Assembly (NCBI GenBank): GCA_000708835.1
Contig: DF237433.1
Coordinates: 1-64,000 of the forward strand
Reading direction: 5' to 3'
Length of the DNA: 64,000 bases
Origin: Klebsormidium nitens
Lineage: Eukaryota > Plantae > Klebsormidiophyceae
The translations under genes and the position numbers were made by a program. Positions 49,704 through 62,384 of this stretch are shown here, piece after piece (positions within the stretch are counted from its first letter, which is position 1; every line of letters begins with the position of its first letter). A model generated the notes under the pieces. That model was not told the origin of the DNA, searched no databases, and was given only the letters and a program-made list of their open reading frames with translations.

Positions 49704-51971
49704 CTTTTAGCCTTCACTCTCAGCAATCCGGCAATAGGTTGTGCTCCCAGTTGCTAGTCCCGAAAATGTTCACTGAATGCGCCACTCGTTTTACAGCAAA
49801 AGCGCGCAAACCTTGACGTTGAGAAGTAGAAGCGAAGCCCGAGGGGTCACGTTTGTTCAGGGGTAGCCGTGCGGCCCGGCCGCGGCGCGCAAGCCGCACG
49901 GGAAGATTGCCGGCGGCCGCACGCCGCGAATGTTCAGAGCGATCGTGACCGATGCGAATGCTCAGCGCTGAACGCGCGCGGCGCGCCGCAGCCAACGCAT
50001 ATCAGGCGGCCGCGCGCTCGGGCACTCGGAATCACGCGGGGATCAACCGAGATGCGTGCAACTCGTGCAAGGTGGGCGCCGCGCACGGCCACTCTTCGTG
50101 CGGCCACTGAGAGCACTCCCGGCACCAACCGACCGCGCGCGCACACGACCTGCGCCGCTGCCGAGCCGCGCCCCGCCGCAATAGCGGTCCAGTTTGACCG
50201 CCCGACCAACGACTCTCCCGCAGTCCGGAACGTGCTTTCAGATCGCGCCATTTCCACTTCGAGACACCGCTTGGCTTGAGAGGTTTGATGAACTTGAGCG
50301 TGACTTCTATAAGTCGGTACCCCTTCTCATCATCGCCAAACTTAAGCTTTCAGTAAGGCAGCGCGCACGCAGAGCCCACGTCCCAGTCGCCAAGCGACTG
50401 CGCTGGTGGGCCCCGGCGCCGCTATGTCGCCCATGCATGGCAAATTCGGCCCAGTCCGACCGCCCGAACAAAAGCGTTCCACAGCCTGAATGGCACCTCA
50501 GGTGCAGTTTAGAATACAAGTGGTACACGGCTTGGCTTCAGAAGGTCTTGAAGGTACCCAGCAATGAAGGTTTCTAGTCAGCACCACTACTAATTGATCT
50601 TTGCCACTGCCCTAACATAACCAAGCTGCTTCGTCTCGGAAAGGCCGTTACATGGTACGCCTTGCCACTCGGGAGACTTGGGAGAAAGCTGCTGCTCGAC
50701 AGTCAGAATGTTCATCTGACCGTAGGACGCCTCGAGCGCTGTTACGGCAGTGCTTCTGAGTTTAGCGTCAGTTCCGACTACGCTGACGAATCTGCAGAAA
50801 CGTTTCGAAAGATGATGCCTATGATTTTGGTGGTCGCTTTGGCCAGACCTGCCCATCCCAAAGTTCTAAACAGGCGACAAATTCGCATATTGCTTCTAAA
50901 ACAAGATCTCAAACGCTGATCACCATAAATGATAGCCCGGTTTAAGATCTTTGTGAGGCCACTTCGATCCTCAACCTATCCAGCTTTTCAGGCCATTTTG
51001 GTCTTAACGTTGTGCCAGACCATTTTGATCTTAAAAGCTGAATTTCTGAGATCAAAACGGCCTCAGCAAACGATCTTAATCCGGGTATGATTTATAGTGC
51101 GATCCACGAGTCCAGGAGAGGAGTTGGCCCAACCAGATATATAAAGCACGGCAACGTGCAGGAGAACTAGTCGCAATATAATGATCTAAGCTGCGCTCAC
51201 GTGAGCTGCTCGCACTGCCAAGCAACCATTAGCTTTGATACGACCGCGGCCACGAACGAGTCCACGGTGTTAGAGACTTCTCACAAACGGGTCGACCTTC
51301 CTTAGCTTCGCGCGTTAAAGCTTCGACCGCGGAAAACAGTACGCAGCAGATTTCCTTGCTGCTACATGAAACCTGCACAGTCGCGGCCTCCTTATGAGTA
51401 GCAAAGTTGAGTCGTGTTGTGTCTTTCATACGAGGCGGAGCATGTTTCAAGGGCGTTTCGGAGGTTATACATCACAAAGTATGGTTGCATGTACTTCAAA
51501 CACTTTAGCGTCTGAAATTTCGACTGATACTCTTCATGCGATTGACACGCTTCATCCGGTTCATACACATATTATGACTACGACGAAGGTCATTGAGAAG
51601 ACCCCGAGTCGCTGTCTTTGATATTAGTAAGACCGGCAGCCTTCTTGATTACATTCGTGTGTGGCCTATCTCGCAAGCGACAAGCATGCTAAACATGCAA
51701 ATACATGGGCGATATATGCAATAGCATCTTGAGATTTTGCGACATCAAAGCAGGCAGATGAGCAACTTTCAAATTTGATGCAAAAACCCTGTGAGCGCAA
51801 GGAACACAAAGCAAGACAACGGACTTCCGAAACGATTTTCAGTGACTCACTTTCTTGAAGGGTTCTCCATGCTGAATTATGATCGAGTTCTACAAAACTT
51901 TGCAACAAGCTCATTATCGAAGAGGTTTGCGACCAAAGCGGTCAGGCCGGCCTATGTCAAGCGTACCTTTC

Positions 51972-53225
51972 TCACGGGACTCTGTTATCTGTTTCTGGAA
52001 GACCGGGACACTTCTCTCTTTCTCTGGTTCCTACAGTAATCCGCATAAGACAACAACCAGATCCTGGTATCCGGGTTGTCTTATTGTGAGCTCTACTTGT
52101 CGCCTTGAGGCTGGCTGGCCGTTCACTCTGATATACCAGGCGTCTCCGTAACCAACAAGCCGCTATGGCAAAGAACACAACCATGAATCCTGTCAGTACC
52201 ATGCTGAGAACGGTGGAAACCATAGCGAGTGACTCAAAGTGTCTGTTAGCCACGTACAGCTCAAGTTCCTCCAAGGGAACACGTCGGCCTCCGTAAGGAT
52301 CCGGCAGCCAGGCACAGCCACCAGAGACGCCCACGTAAAAGTTGAAGTCCACTGATTGGCACAGCTCCAACCGGGCAGTCGCGTTTGCAGCTTCCAGGTA
52401 CTGATTCAGCCCGTGAGCGGGGTTGGGAAGGGTTACCGGTCCCGAGTTTTCAACCTTGGGCCAGACCGTTAGCAGTTCTTTGGTTGCACTGTAAGCTATG
52501 AACGGTGCCAGGAAAACCATAAGGAGGAACACGGATACTATGACCAGCTCCCAGATCGCTTTCACACGATCCGAAAACTTTAAATCTCTGCTGACCCTTA
52601 CACCGTTTGCCTGTTCCTCCAGAGCCCCTAAAGAAAAAGCTGACCTCAAATTGGCAAAGACAGGTGTCTCAGGATCCAAGGAAGCCATATCGTCTGTACT
52701 TGGATTCTTGCGCACCCTACTCTTTGCGCCAAATCTGCTCCATTCACTTCTGAGGTATGAAACGAAGTGAAGGCACGCGGCAAGAGGGACAATCACCGTC
52801 AGAGTGAGTATTTGCGTGACCAAGATGGAGCCTCCTGTTACGAGACTAAAGTAAGACCAAGTGAACAAAGCCCAAAACCCTATGCTCGAACCCGCCAGAT
52901 GAGTTGAGCCCACAAGCGTCAGTAGGGGAGGGGGAGGGTACTCCAAATCGCAGCTGCTGTTGGGCGCTTGTACTTGGTAGAACTCCAGAAAGAGTTCCCA
53001 CTTTCGCTGGCACTTCACGACCTGGAGGGGGTGGGTGTTGTTACTTCCAAACAGGGGGTTTGTAAGAGAGGAGTTGCTGCGCAGGAAGGCGTTCACCAAG
53101 TCTGGCTCCGGAAGTGACAGGCACTGGCGCAGACAAGCTCCTCCAGGGGGGCAAGCCAACGCTTGAACAAAGCAGACGACGCAGGCTAGGACCAGCCAGA
53201 AGGTTAGCACCCTGTTTCCAGCCAT
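51972..53225 (-). CDS. Membrane-protein paralogue C, intact; signal peptide plus about 4 TM segments, unknown family
   Basis: 417-aa intronless ORF with hydrophobic segments and conserved Cys motifs (VVKC, SSCD, LELC, GGCAWLPDPY). Confidence 0.75.
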   Translation of the reverse strand: MAGNRVLTFWLVLACVVCFVQALACPPGGACLRQCLSLPEPDLVNAFLRSNSSLTNPLFGSNNTHPLQVVKCQRKWELFLEFYQVQAPNSSCDLEYPPPPLLTLVGSTHLAGSSIGFWALFTWSYFSLVTGGSILVTQILTLTVIVPLAACLHFVSYLRSEWSRFGAKSRVRKNPSTDDMASLDPETPVFANLRSAFSLGALEEQANGVRVSRDLKFSDRVKAIWELVIVSVFLLMVFLAPFIAYSATKELLTVWPKVENSGPVTLPNPAHGLNQYLEAANATARLELCQSVDFNFYVGVSGGCAWLPDPYGGRRVPLEELELYVANRHFESLAMVSTVLSMVLTGFMVVFFAIAACWLRRRLVYQSERPASLKATSRAHNKTTRIPGSGCCLMRITVGTREREKCPGLPETDNRVP

Positions 53226-53513
53226 CTTTCACGCCTCCACTTTTTGCAATCTAGAGAGGAGAGGAGGGCAGCAGCCGAACACTCGCTTGCTGCTCACAGA
53301 GCCTGACAAAAGCTCCACCTCTTACAAGTGAAAGGACAAGCGCGCAAGCCTTGACGTTGACTCAACGGTTGAGTGCCACTTTGTTTTGTTCATTTGATCG
53401 AGGCGCCGTCGCTAGGGGCGGCCGCGCCGGGCGGGGCCTCGACGGGCTCCGGGTTTGGACGGTCACTGCCGTGCGCGACGCGTTTGAAGCGCGCGCGTGC
53501 ATTGAATGTTACC

Positions 53514-53600
53514 CAGTTGGCGCGACCTTGCATTCCCACCCAACCCAGCCGGGCACGTCTACCGGGCGCCCCGAAACCAACACCGTCTAGCATAGGCTAT
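53514..53600 (+). promoter_or_regulatory. Conserved upstream element, copy 1 (37 nt identical to 61729-61765)
   Basis: cagttggcgcgaccttgcattcccacccaacccagcc lies 400 bp before the ATG at 53914. Its function is inferred. Confidence 0.55.
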
Positions 53601-53913
53601 GAGCCAAAAGGGGCCCGGCGGGCTCACGCCATTCCGTTACCAAGCACTCAACAGACCATTCCCATCAGAAGGTTAACTTTGACATGATCCCCAGCATATG
53701 GAAGCTCTTCAAGAACGGGCACAACTGAGCGGCTCTGGCTAAAGAAAAAGGGGACGCCTGTTTAGAGGAGTGCTTGCTAAGTTCTTCATGAGTGCGCACT
53801 GATAGGAGTGCATATCCAGCGAAGGTGCAAAGGTATCAGAAGTTGTGCATGCGGATGTTCTCAGATGACGGACTAGTCTTGGGTACAAAAGCTGGTCATC
53901 CAATCGTGTCGTG

Positions 53914-56900
53914 ATGGCAAGAGGCCGGCCTCATGGCCGGTCCAAGTCCGATCACAGAGTCTGCCAGGAGGCTCGTCATGCACGCGCTGCTGAGTACAGG
54001 GAGAGGATCGCCATCAGTGCTGAGCAGCAGGAGGCACGCATCGCTGCTGTGAATGCTAAGTGCAACGTGGAGGATGCCCCTCGTAGGCAGCGGGGGCAGA
54101 AGTCGAGGGAGTCAAAGACCAAGGCAGGGGCGGCTCGGATGTCCACAGGGGGCCGTGCTTGCAAAGCGTCTGGCAGTGGAAAGAAGAGAGCAAAGAAGGG
54201 CCTCGAACATGTGCTTGGCAGAGCTGCAGAAAGAGGTGAGTTCTTGTGCATGGCTGCTGGTTTGATTGGTTTGCCTTCTGAGGCCGAGGCCAAGCAGAAG
54301 CTAGGACGCTTTGCGCGAAAGGTGAATGGTGGGCTGGCTCTGTGATGTATACCAAGAAGAGCGTTTGTTTTTTAGTAGACTGATGGGCATTTTTTGGTAC
54401 AATGCAGTCAGTCGTAACCTTGTTCCGACAGTCACATGGATGGCTGGCCTTGCATTGTTGTACCAAGAACAGTGCGCTTCTGTGTAGACATTGAAGGGAA
54501 TGAACTGATACACATAAGTATTGGTAGTACCGCTAGAAATGAAGGGTGCGGTTGGCTCTGCAGCTCTGTACCAAAAAAAGCGTGGTCTTAGTTTGGGAAG
54601 ATTGCCCCGAGGCCTCCATTGTACCAGGAACAGTTTGCCTCCATTCACGAGCATAGTGACTGCTGGCTCTGCAAGAACGTACCAAGCTTTGCCCTTTTCT
54701 CATCAGAATATAAGATGCTGATCTTGGTACATGCTGTCAAATCACAAAGTCCTAAACAATCATAGCGGGCATGGTTTCCCTGGAGTGTACCACAAACAGC
54801 CTCTTCCTCTTAGAGAAAGAAAGGCAGATTCTTGGTACATACTGGCAATGACAAACCTTCAACCCCACTGCCAGAAGAAAGAGACTTGACTGCAAAAGGC
54901 AGCGGTGACGCGGCACGCACCAAGTTTTGCATGCATCTCTAATCTTAGACTCCAGGTTCATTACCCAACCCTCGGCGCTTCTTCATTGCAGACTTGCACA
55001 GTCTCTACTGCCACGCGTGCGGCGCCCTTGCAGAGTTTGGGCTGAGGGGAGGCAAGGAGGGGGGCAGCGTCAAGTACACGTGCAGAGCGCACGCCACGCC
55101 GAATGGGTGCTTTCGGATCGACCGAGTTCGTGCAGGTGAGAGCATCTGGGGAGCCTGCTGTTGACATGGTCTGAGATTCATGCAATGTTCGTAGCTGCTC
55201 CCCTCGGGTCAGCAACGTTTCTTTGAAGTAGAATGTTGATATTGACGTGCTCTAGACTCTCCTGCAGATTGGGCAGAGGGCCAAGAGTTGCGCCGCTTGA
55301 GAGCAGAGGAGAGAAGATTGGAACAGGAGCTGCGAAAGCTGGGAGGGAGCTCGTCCAATGCAAAACCAACATCTGGTGAGCGTGCGGTGCTGGTTTAGAC
55401 ATCTGACTGGTTTGGTTCTGCTCTTGTACACAATCTCAGAGCAGCAGGTTCCCTGTCATGCCTCCGATGCGTTGTTGCTCCTTCTGTGTGCATTCCACAC
55501 GTGACTCAACAGTGACGGCAACTCAACGCTTCACTTTTCGTTTCTGCAGCTGCAGTCGGGGATGAGTTTCAAAGTTCGGGGGTTTGGGCTTCGATGCCCA
55601 TGAGCCGGTCGCTGATAGGTAAGGCATCTTCAATGCAGCTAAGGCAATGTAGTTGCTTCTAGAGCATCTCAGACCTGTCCTCTACGACGATCCTCTTGTT
55701 TTGCCCAGGGATCCTCCAATCCTTTCTTGTTGAGTCAAGCTGCATCCAGTATCTGGCTTGACAATGGGTTTCTCCTCACCTGCAGCCACGCTCTTGATGA
55801 TCGGTGGCATCGAGCGTAATCCTGGACCTGCCGCAGACAAGGGGAGCCCGTACAAGGGAGATCTTGCACTTCCAGGCAGGACCAGCACAGGCTGCAACGA
55901 AGCGCCAGGAACTGTTGTTGAATCTGATTGGCCCCTTAACCTGCTGCCCTCTCTCGACGTGAGCGTGAGTCTAGAAGTCTTTTTCTTCATGCAGTTCAGT
56001 TCTATGTCGCACCCAAGCCCTGGACTGAATCGTAGATTGTGTAAGCACGGAATATCTGCTGGCCGAGATGCCTGTGAACACTCGATGGTCTTAGTTTCAT
56101 CGGGCTAAGGCGCGCAGGTAGCGAGAGCCGCTGGCGAGCATCACAGCTTAACAATCAGCAACCCTTACATCATGCTGCGCAGGAGGCTCATGGCAGTGGG
56201 CATTTCACCATCTCTCGTTTTGAAGGCTATCAATGGTTTCCTTGCAGGCGCTCAACCCAAGACACATGACTTCCGAGAACGGAAGAGTAACTCATGCAGG
56301 CAGGGGGCTGGACCTGTTGGCAGGGATTCCGGAACGAGGGGATAGCGAAGGCCAGACTCGTCAGCTACACCTGCGGCTACGAGGAGGAGCAGACGACGAG
56401 CCTATGCCCGAGGTACTTTGCCTCTCTCACAGACACTGCAGAGACAGGGGAGAAGAGCACTTGCAAGTTCAACGGTGTCCATCTGTTGTGACCACCTTGT
56501 ACTTGCTGGAATGTAGTGTGTACTTAAGAAAACACAGGTCAGACTGTGACCCTCTGCATCAAGGGTTTCTTAGGAGACACTTTCTTATTGTCCATTGCAG
56601 CACCTTGTGCCTCACACGCCCCTTGTAACCTTGCTCACAGCAACAGCTCTCCTCTGCAGGCCCACAGCGACAAGCCTGCCCTCATTCGAATCCAGCTGAG
56701 AGGTACCAACGAAAGATGCTCTTTTGAACCACCTCGCCCTCGAGAAGCAGTTCTGGAGCACCTAAGAGATGAGGAACGCTGGGGAGAAGGAAAGATCACA
56801 AAGGTGGTGGATGGGGAGGAGACTGCTTGTATGAAGGGGGATGTGCTTCAAGCCGGCGAATATATCTTCACAGCATTCGAAGGTGAGCCACCACCAGTCT

Positions 56901-59900
56901 TGATTCCCAGGGGCGGAAAGAAGGAGAAATACATCCCTTACTAAGTCAGTGACGTCTCATTTGTGGTGCCCACTTTTGGCGCCTTGTAAGCACAACCTCT
57001 GCTTAGCATCTTCTAATTGCCAATCAACAGCAAGTCAGCTGGCGCTTATAAGAGCACTAACAAGGGGGAAGACCTGCTGCGGCACTAGGACTTCGTTCAC
57101 TTTGGGGTTTCCTTTTGGGCATAGTAAAGCTGTGACCTCGCGCAGAGACTTGCTGCAAAATCAAGGAACTGCTCACGCACCCTTATGCAGTCTTTAATTT
57201 ACTAGGGTCTCCTTAGTTGATAGATAAGCCCTATCGAGTGTGATTCAGAAGTATGTTTGACTTAGGCAAACCTGAGCAGCCAGAATGCAGGTTCAAAGAA
57301 GAGGCATGTCAATGTTTCACGTGTTTCACGACTTCTGCAGTCCAAGGAGCATCCAGTGCTGGACCTTCAGCCGCACAGGCGTCGAGGCTGGAGCCAACAG
57401 AAGGGGCCAAAGGTACTAGCCACTCGGATATTGTCTGCCGAAATCGTTGTGGACCATAATTGCTTATCTGCTGAGAGGGGCTGTGATTGGGCATCGTAGG
57501 ATTTTCCAACTGTTAACGTCTGCGAGCTTGACATCAAGGCAATTACTTAGTGGGCTGAAAAAGCTGAAGCTTTTTTGGAGGAGTGTCACTTGGTTGGGAT
57601 ACGAATGGGCTGACATAGGGGACGCCTTTGTTTGAAAGCGCGCTTCTGCAGAAGTCACGATTTGCCTATCCTGCTAGGGTCTTCTTCACAACCCCTTGCT
57701 CGCGTCAGCATCGAAGGCCCCTTCATTCCAGAGCAGAGCTGGTTAGGGTGGCTCATTCGTATCCGCTTTAATGACCATACCTTATCTTTTTCTGGTTCAG
57801 GGGATCTCGGCCCTTCACCAATCAAAAACTGGAAGGAGCGGGAGAAAGTGGTGGGAGACAAGATAGTAGAAGCCCACGAAGCGCTGGCGCATTGCATGGT
57901 TAACGAACCCGATTCCTTCAGAAGTCCGGTGACAAACGAGCACACAGAGCGCATTGGAGGCCTTAACATTGTGGCTGCCCCGCCGGACACCCCCCTGCTC
58001 CTTCTCACAAACCTGCCCTCAGGAAACCAAGGAGGAGTCGCCACAGATGATGAGGTGCTAAAGTGGTTTCACAAAGCCGACAATGAGCCGATTATTCCTC
58101 CCCCTACGGCTGTCCTGCTTGGGCCCCCAGGAATTGGCAAGACCCGGAAGTGCATGCAGCTGGGGTCAACTGAGCCTGGCGTCATTTACCTGACCTGTGA
58201 ACGGAGTGGGGAGTTGAGGGCCCCTGACATGGAAGCTGTTCGCGCGAAGCTGGAGCAATGCGAGGCAGACCCGCAGTCTTGGAAGGCCAACTTTGTGCGT
58301 GCCAAGCGACACCTATTGGCGTGCCTGTATGCCCGGGTTTCCCTTCTCAAGTATTTCCTGGACAATCAGGCACAGCAGGCTTGGGACTTAAGGCACTGGA
58401 TGCTCTTCCAGTCGGGAGTAGCGTTTGGCGCCTCAATGGTGAGCACAACAACCCAGCTTATAAGTGCTTCTCGGAAGATTGGCTGCGGAGGGCATCAGTT
58501 TTCAAGGCAACTGATAGGATTGTCAAACTGGTCCGTCCCAAGTGTGGACGCATCTACCTCCAAAGTCTGGCTGTACCTGCGTCTGTCGCTGTTCTGTCCA
58601 GAGAGGCAAGGAAAGTTGCTGCCAAGCCTCTCATCTCGTGTGTGGATGTCCACTCCAATTTGAGTGCCTTTGTTAGATTGCGCAGCAAAAAGCAAGCACG
58701 CTGCACATGTCTTCATGGCTGTGGAGCAGGAAGCAACTGCTCACATGCCCTTTGTTTCCGTGCCAGGCGCCCATGTTGGAACTCTACCGCTCTGCTAGCC
58801 TGGTGCATGTGGATGAGCTAGAGGAGCAGCTGGCAGCCTTGCTGGGAGAGTGCACCAAACTTCTTGGGGGCAATCGGCGGGTGTGCATTGCCTTGGACGA
58901 GGCGCAGTCCTGGTCGTCTGCACTAAACCATTGCTTCTCCAATGGTAACGAGCCCCCTCAGGGTCGGCCGCTCCTGACTGCTGCCATGCGCATCCTGTCA
59001 GACCCGCCACTTTCCCAGCACCTGAAGATCCTACTTGCGGGCACAGGCTTCTCGCTCCTGAGCACAAACATCATTGATTCCGCACTCGCGAAGCATGGCA
59101 CGTTCAAAGCCCGGCAGTTGTCGCTTTTCAAAACCCTTTCAGAAGATGAGGTGCGACAATACGCGGCGCACTTTGCGGGCAAAGAAGAGGCAGATGGTGC
59201 GGTAGAACAGATCAGAAAGCTGGTAGGGCGAGCGCGCTTCGTTGTGGGGGCTGTTCAGCGTTGGGTGGGGGAGGGGGGGGAACGATCATTGAGGGATGTG
59301 CTTGAAGAAGAGTATGACCTGCACACGGACCCAGACGCGTGGCACCGCTCTACCCTGGTGCGAGCCCGGTACGAGAAGCTGTACCTCTACGGTACCTTGT
59401 GGGCGCAGGCTCAGCACCCTCAGTCGGCCAAGCTGTTTCAGCAGTTGAAGAAATTGACATTTGCGCATTGGGTGATTGGCCAGCCGGCATGCTTCCGGAA
59501 CAAGGAGGAAGTAGACATTGTGAACCTTGGCTGCGCCCTTCTTGAAGGGGAACGGGATACTCAGATGGCGGCCATCAGGGAGCCCGTCGTTCAGACTGCA
59601 GTCCAAAATTTCCTAAAGCACGAGATGCAGTGGGATCCACAGACGCACGCCGAAGAGATGTTCTGTGAGAGCGGCTTCCAGCCCCAAGTGCTCGGGAACT
59701 GGTGGGAGCTGGTTGTGGCGCAGTTCATCCGTCACATGTTCGAGACGGAGGAGGCGCTTGCCGACAAGCCGCTCTTTAGCAACCTAGGCCGTGACACGTT
59801 ACCCCCTGCATTCAGGGAGATGGGAGCCAGTCTGGTGGCGGTTTGGCGTGATGAAACCTCTGGGCAGTTCCGCTGGGAGGAAATCAAAAAGGAAGAGCGG

Positions 59901-60744
59901 TTTTTGAGAATGAAGGTTGGAACCACCGCTTACAGGCTGGTTGACTTCCTGAAGGACCCTCAAGGATTTGTCCTCTTCTTCCCTGAAGACAAGGCGGGCC
60001 CCGATCTCGTCTTTTTCATGGTCGTGGGCGGCAAGCTCTTCCTCGTGTTCGTACAGCTCAAACTTGCGGTAGCGGTGAAAGAGCCCTTGAAGGTGATGCG
60101 TACCGTGGACCCCAGCACTGCTTACAGCAATCACCCCTTAGAACGTGAGTTTCGGGAGGAGATCAAGGAGGCGCTTGGGCCTGACAGTGGGCTTGCTGGC
60201 GTGATTGCGTGCATCATAGGCTACCCGCTTAAGTTGCCACAGTCTATCTTCGAGGAGGTCCGTGATTGCAAGCCGCCAAGGAGGGCCTCGAAGCGCCTGC
60301 AGTTGGAGGTGGTTGCGGACTACGACATCTCGCCAGCCGTACGAGTCGTCGTCGATGGTAGCCAAAAGTCGGATGAGTTGGCGCGGACAGATCTGAAGCC
60401 CCTTATTGATGCACTGAAGAAGGCTGGGGCTGTCGAGACCGGTACCTCTCCGACTGAGGTGAGGCAATGTGCGCAAGTGCCGGCATGTCAAAGTAGCATG
60501 TGGGTGCGGTGAAAAGGGGAATGAAGGTGCGTCCTTAGGAGTGCCGCTGTGGGGTTGGCGGCTTCTGGATAGCCTCCAAGAGTGTCAACGATTCTATGTC
60601 ACGCGCTTTCAAGCTGAGATTGCATTAGCATTCCGGTGCTTGCATTACCATGTGGTAGAAACTCTTTTTATGAACATCAGCATCATCCGTCCATTCCTTT
60701 CTATACAGGGATTGAGCAGCTCTACCCCCATGGACGTGAGCTGA
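53914..60744 (+). CDS. ~1220-aa multidomain CR-type NTPase + REase protein with N-terminal basic region, Cys/His motif, 2A-like and LRLRGG motifs; exons 53914-54235, 54992-55135, 55550-55618, 55786-55964, 56248-56412, 56660-56882, 57341-57412, 57678-58438, 58767-60458, 60709-60744
   Basis: All nine introns are GT-AG with matching phases, and the exons sum to 3663 nt (1221 codons). Walker A LLGPPGIGKT, Walker B VCIALDEAQ, LVGRARF, GNWWELVV, REase-like AGPDLVF..FVQLK. The joining of the first four exons is less certain than the catalytic part. Confidence 0.72.
54330..54860. repeat. Array of alternating tggtac/gtacca motifs in intron 1
   Basis: About ten gtacca or tggtac cores at roughly 50-70 bp spacing. 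Confidence 0.6.
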
Positions 60745-61728
60745 TTGCCGCAAGTGAGGAGTCCGGGCAGAGACCAAGCGCCTAGATAACTTAGGCAACA
60801 TGAATCGAGACATTCTCTGAAATGCGCGTTCCATGGACCAAGAGATGCTAAAACCGATTCTCAATGATGGCCCCAGTCCTTGCAATCAGGACAAGACGTA
60901 TGTACATCTGGTCATGCCAACGAGCCTTCATCTTGCATCCCTATGGAGCCCCGCATAGGTTTGGATTGGGGTGCATGAGTCTCATGAACCAATTTTGGCC
61001 TCTTTACTCTGGACAGAGGCCATGCATCTAGACAACATGCATGTGCTTGTAGCTGACTTTTGCAATCAATGATAACAAAGAATAGTGAGTAGGAAACATC
61101 TGACAGCAGTATGTGACTGGGTAAGGCACTAGGTACATCAGCAAGGAGCATCATGATTAAAGGGTATTTCGAGTAGGCTTAGCTACAACCGCTACTTCAA
61201 GTTGCAAACATTGCCTGTGTTGGAGCACATGGCACCGTTTTGCTCAACTCAACGGGGCTTATGCAACCCGAGCCTAATAGCGTGAAAAGGTTACCGCTTC
61301 GCTTTGCGCGTCATGATGGCCTTGCAAAATCGTCGCTGAACCATGCAGTAGTTGACGAGCTGTGATGCATGTATAGAACAGCCCAACAACGTGTAGTACT
61401 AAGCATCATTGCACGCTCATCAGATATATAAGTTGAGCTTTGCATGGTTCAGGACGCCAGTAAGCGCGCTTGCGAGAGTTACCGGAATGCTTAGCATCTT
61501 CACGATCGATACTGGTCTGAATCTGAGCCTTCACCGGTCACCGGAGCGCCTGCCCGGATATCGCCCTTTCGGCAAAGCATATGCGCCATGAGAGCCAGCA
61601 CAGTCACCATACTCATCCGAGCCATTCCCGCTCACTCTGAGTCGGGCAGCTAGTTGCCAGCGATTCTGAGGTCAGTGGCGTATACTGCAATATCCTCAGC
61701 ATTTTACATGGTATGGCCGGTAACAGGT

Positions 61729-61830
61729 CAGTTGGCGCGACCTTGCATTCCCACCCAACCCAGCCCGGTCAGTCTACCGGGCACCCAGGGGTCGGACCCT
61801 CGCGCATAGGCTATGTGCCATAAGGGCCGG
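61729..61830 (+). promoter_or_regulatory. Conserved upstream element, copy 2
   Basis: Identical 37-mer, followed by similar gtctaccgggc and gcataggctatg segments. Confidence 0.55.
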
Positions 61831-62384
61831 GACCAGTCGTAAAGGCCCCGTTACCATCCAGACCGTGACCGTTCCCGCCGGGGTCCGACTGCACAGTCTG
61901 CATGGCCGAAGGTGCCACCTCTAGTCTCCAGCTCCCAGCATTCTGCAACTTGCCTTCAGAAAGCTGAGTAGGACAGCGACAGGTTGACCTTGCAAGTTGC
62001 ATGGGCGGAGCTGCGAGCAGTGAACAAGCGCCGACCTAAGTTTTTTCAGGCATCGAGTGAGTGATTGTGCTGGCAGCTGTCCCCGGGCAAGGAGCTCATG
62101 CATTTCATACCGAGGAATTTCTTCAATTGTTTGTTATGTTAAATACTGTCCACTGCTGGCATTGCAAGAGGAAAGCATGAGTGGTGTGCAGGATAGGTGT
62201 TTGTTCAGCACACCTGTGGGACTGCAAGCTTTGAGACCAGGCATTCTGCTCCGCTTCTGCTTCAAGTTTGTAGGTTGTCCTAAAGCTGTGGGTCTGCTCT
62301 CAGCTGAAGCTGAGCTTCTGTTGCTGTGAATTGAGAGCGTGTTTGTAGCTGTGATTACTGGGCAGAGCTGGCGCTTGATAGATC

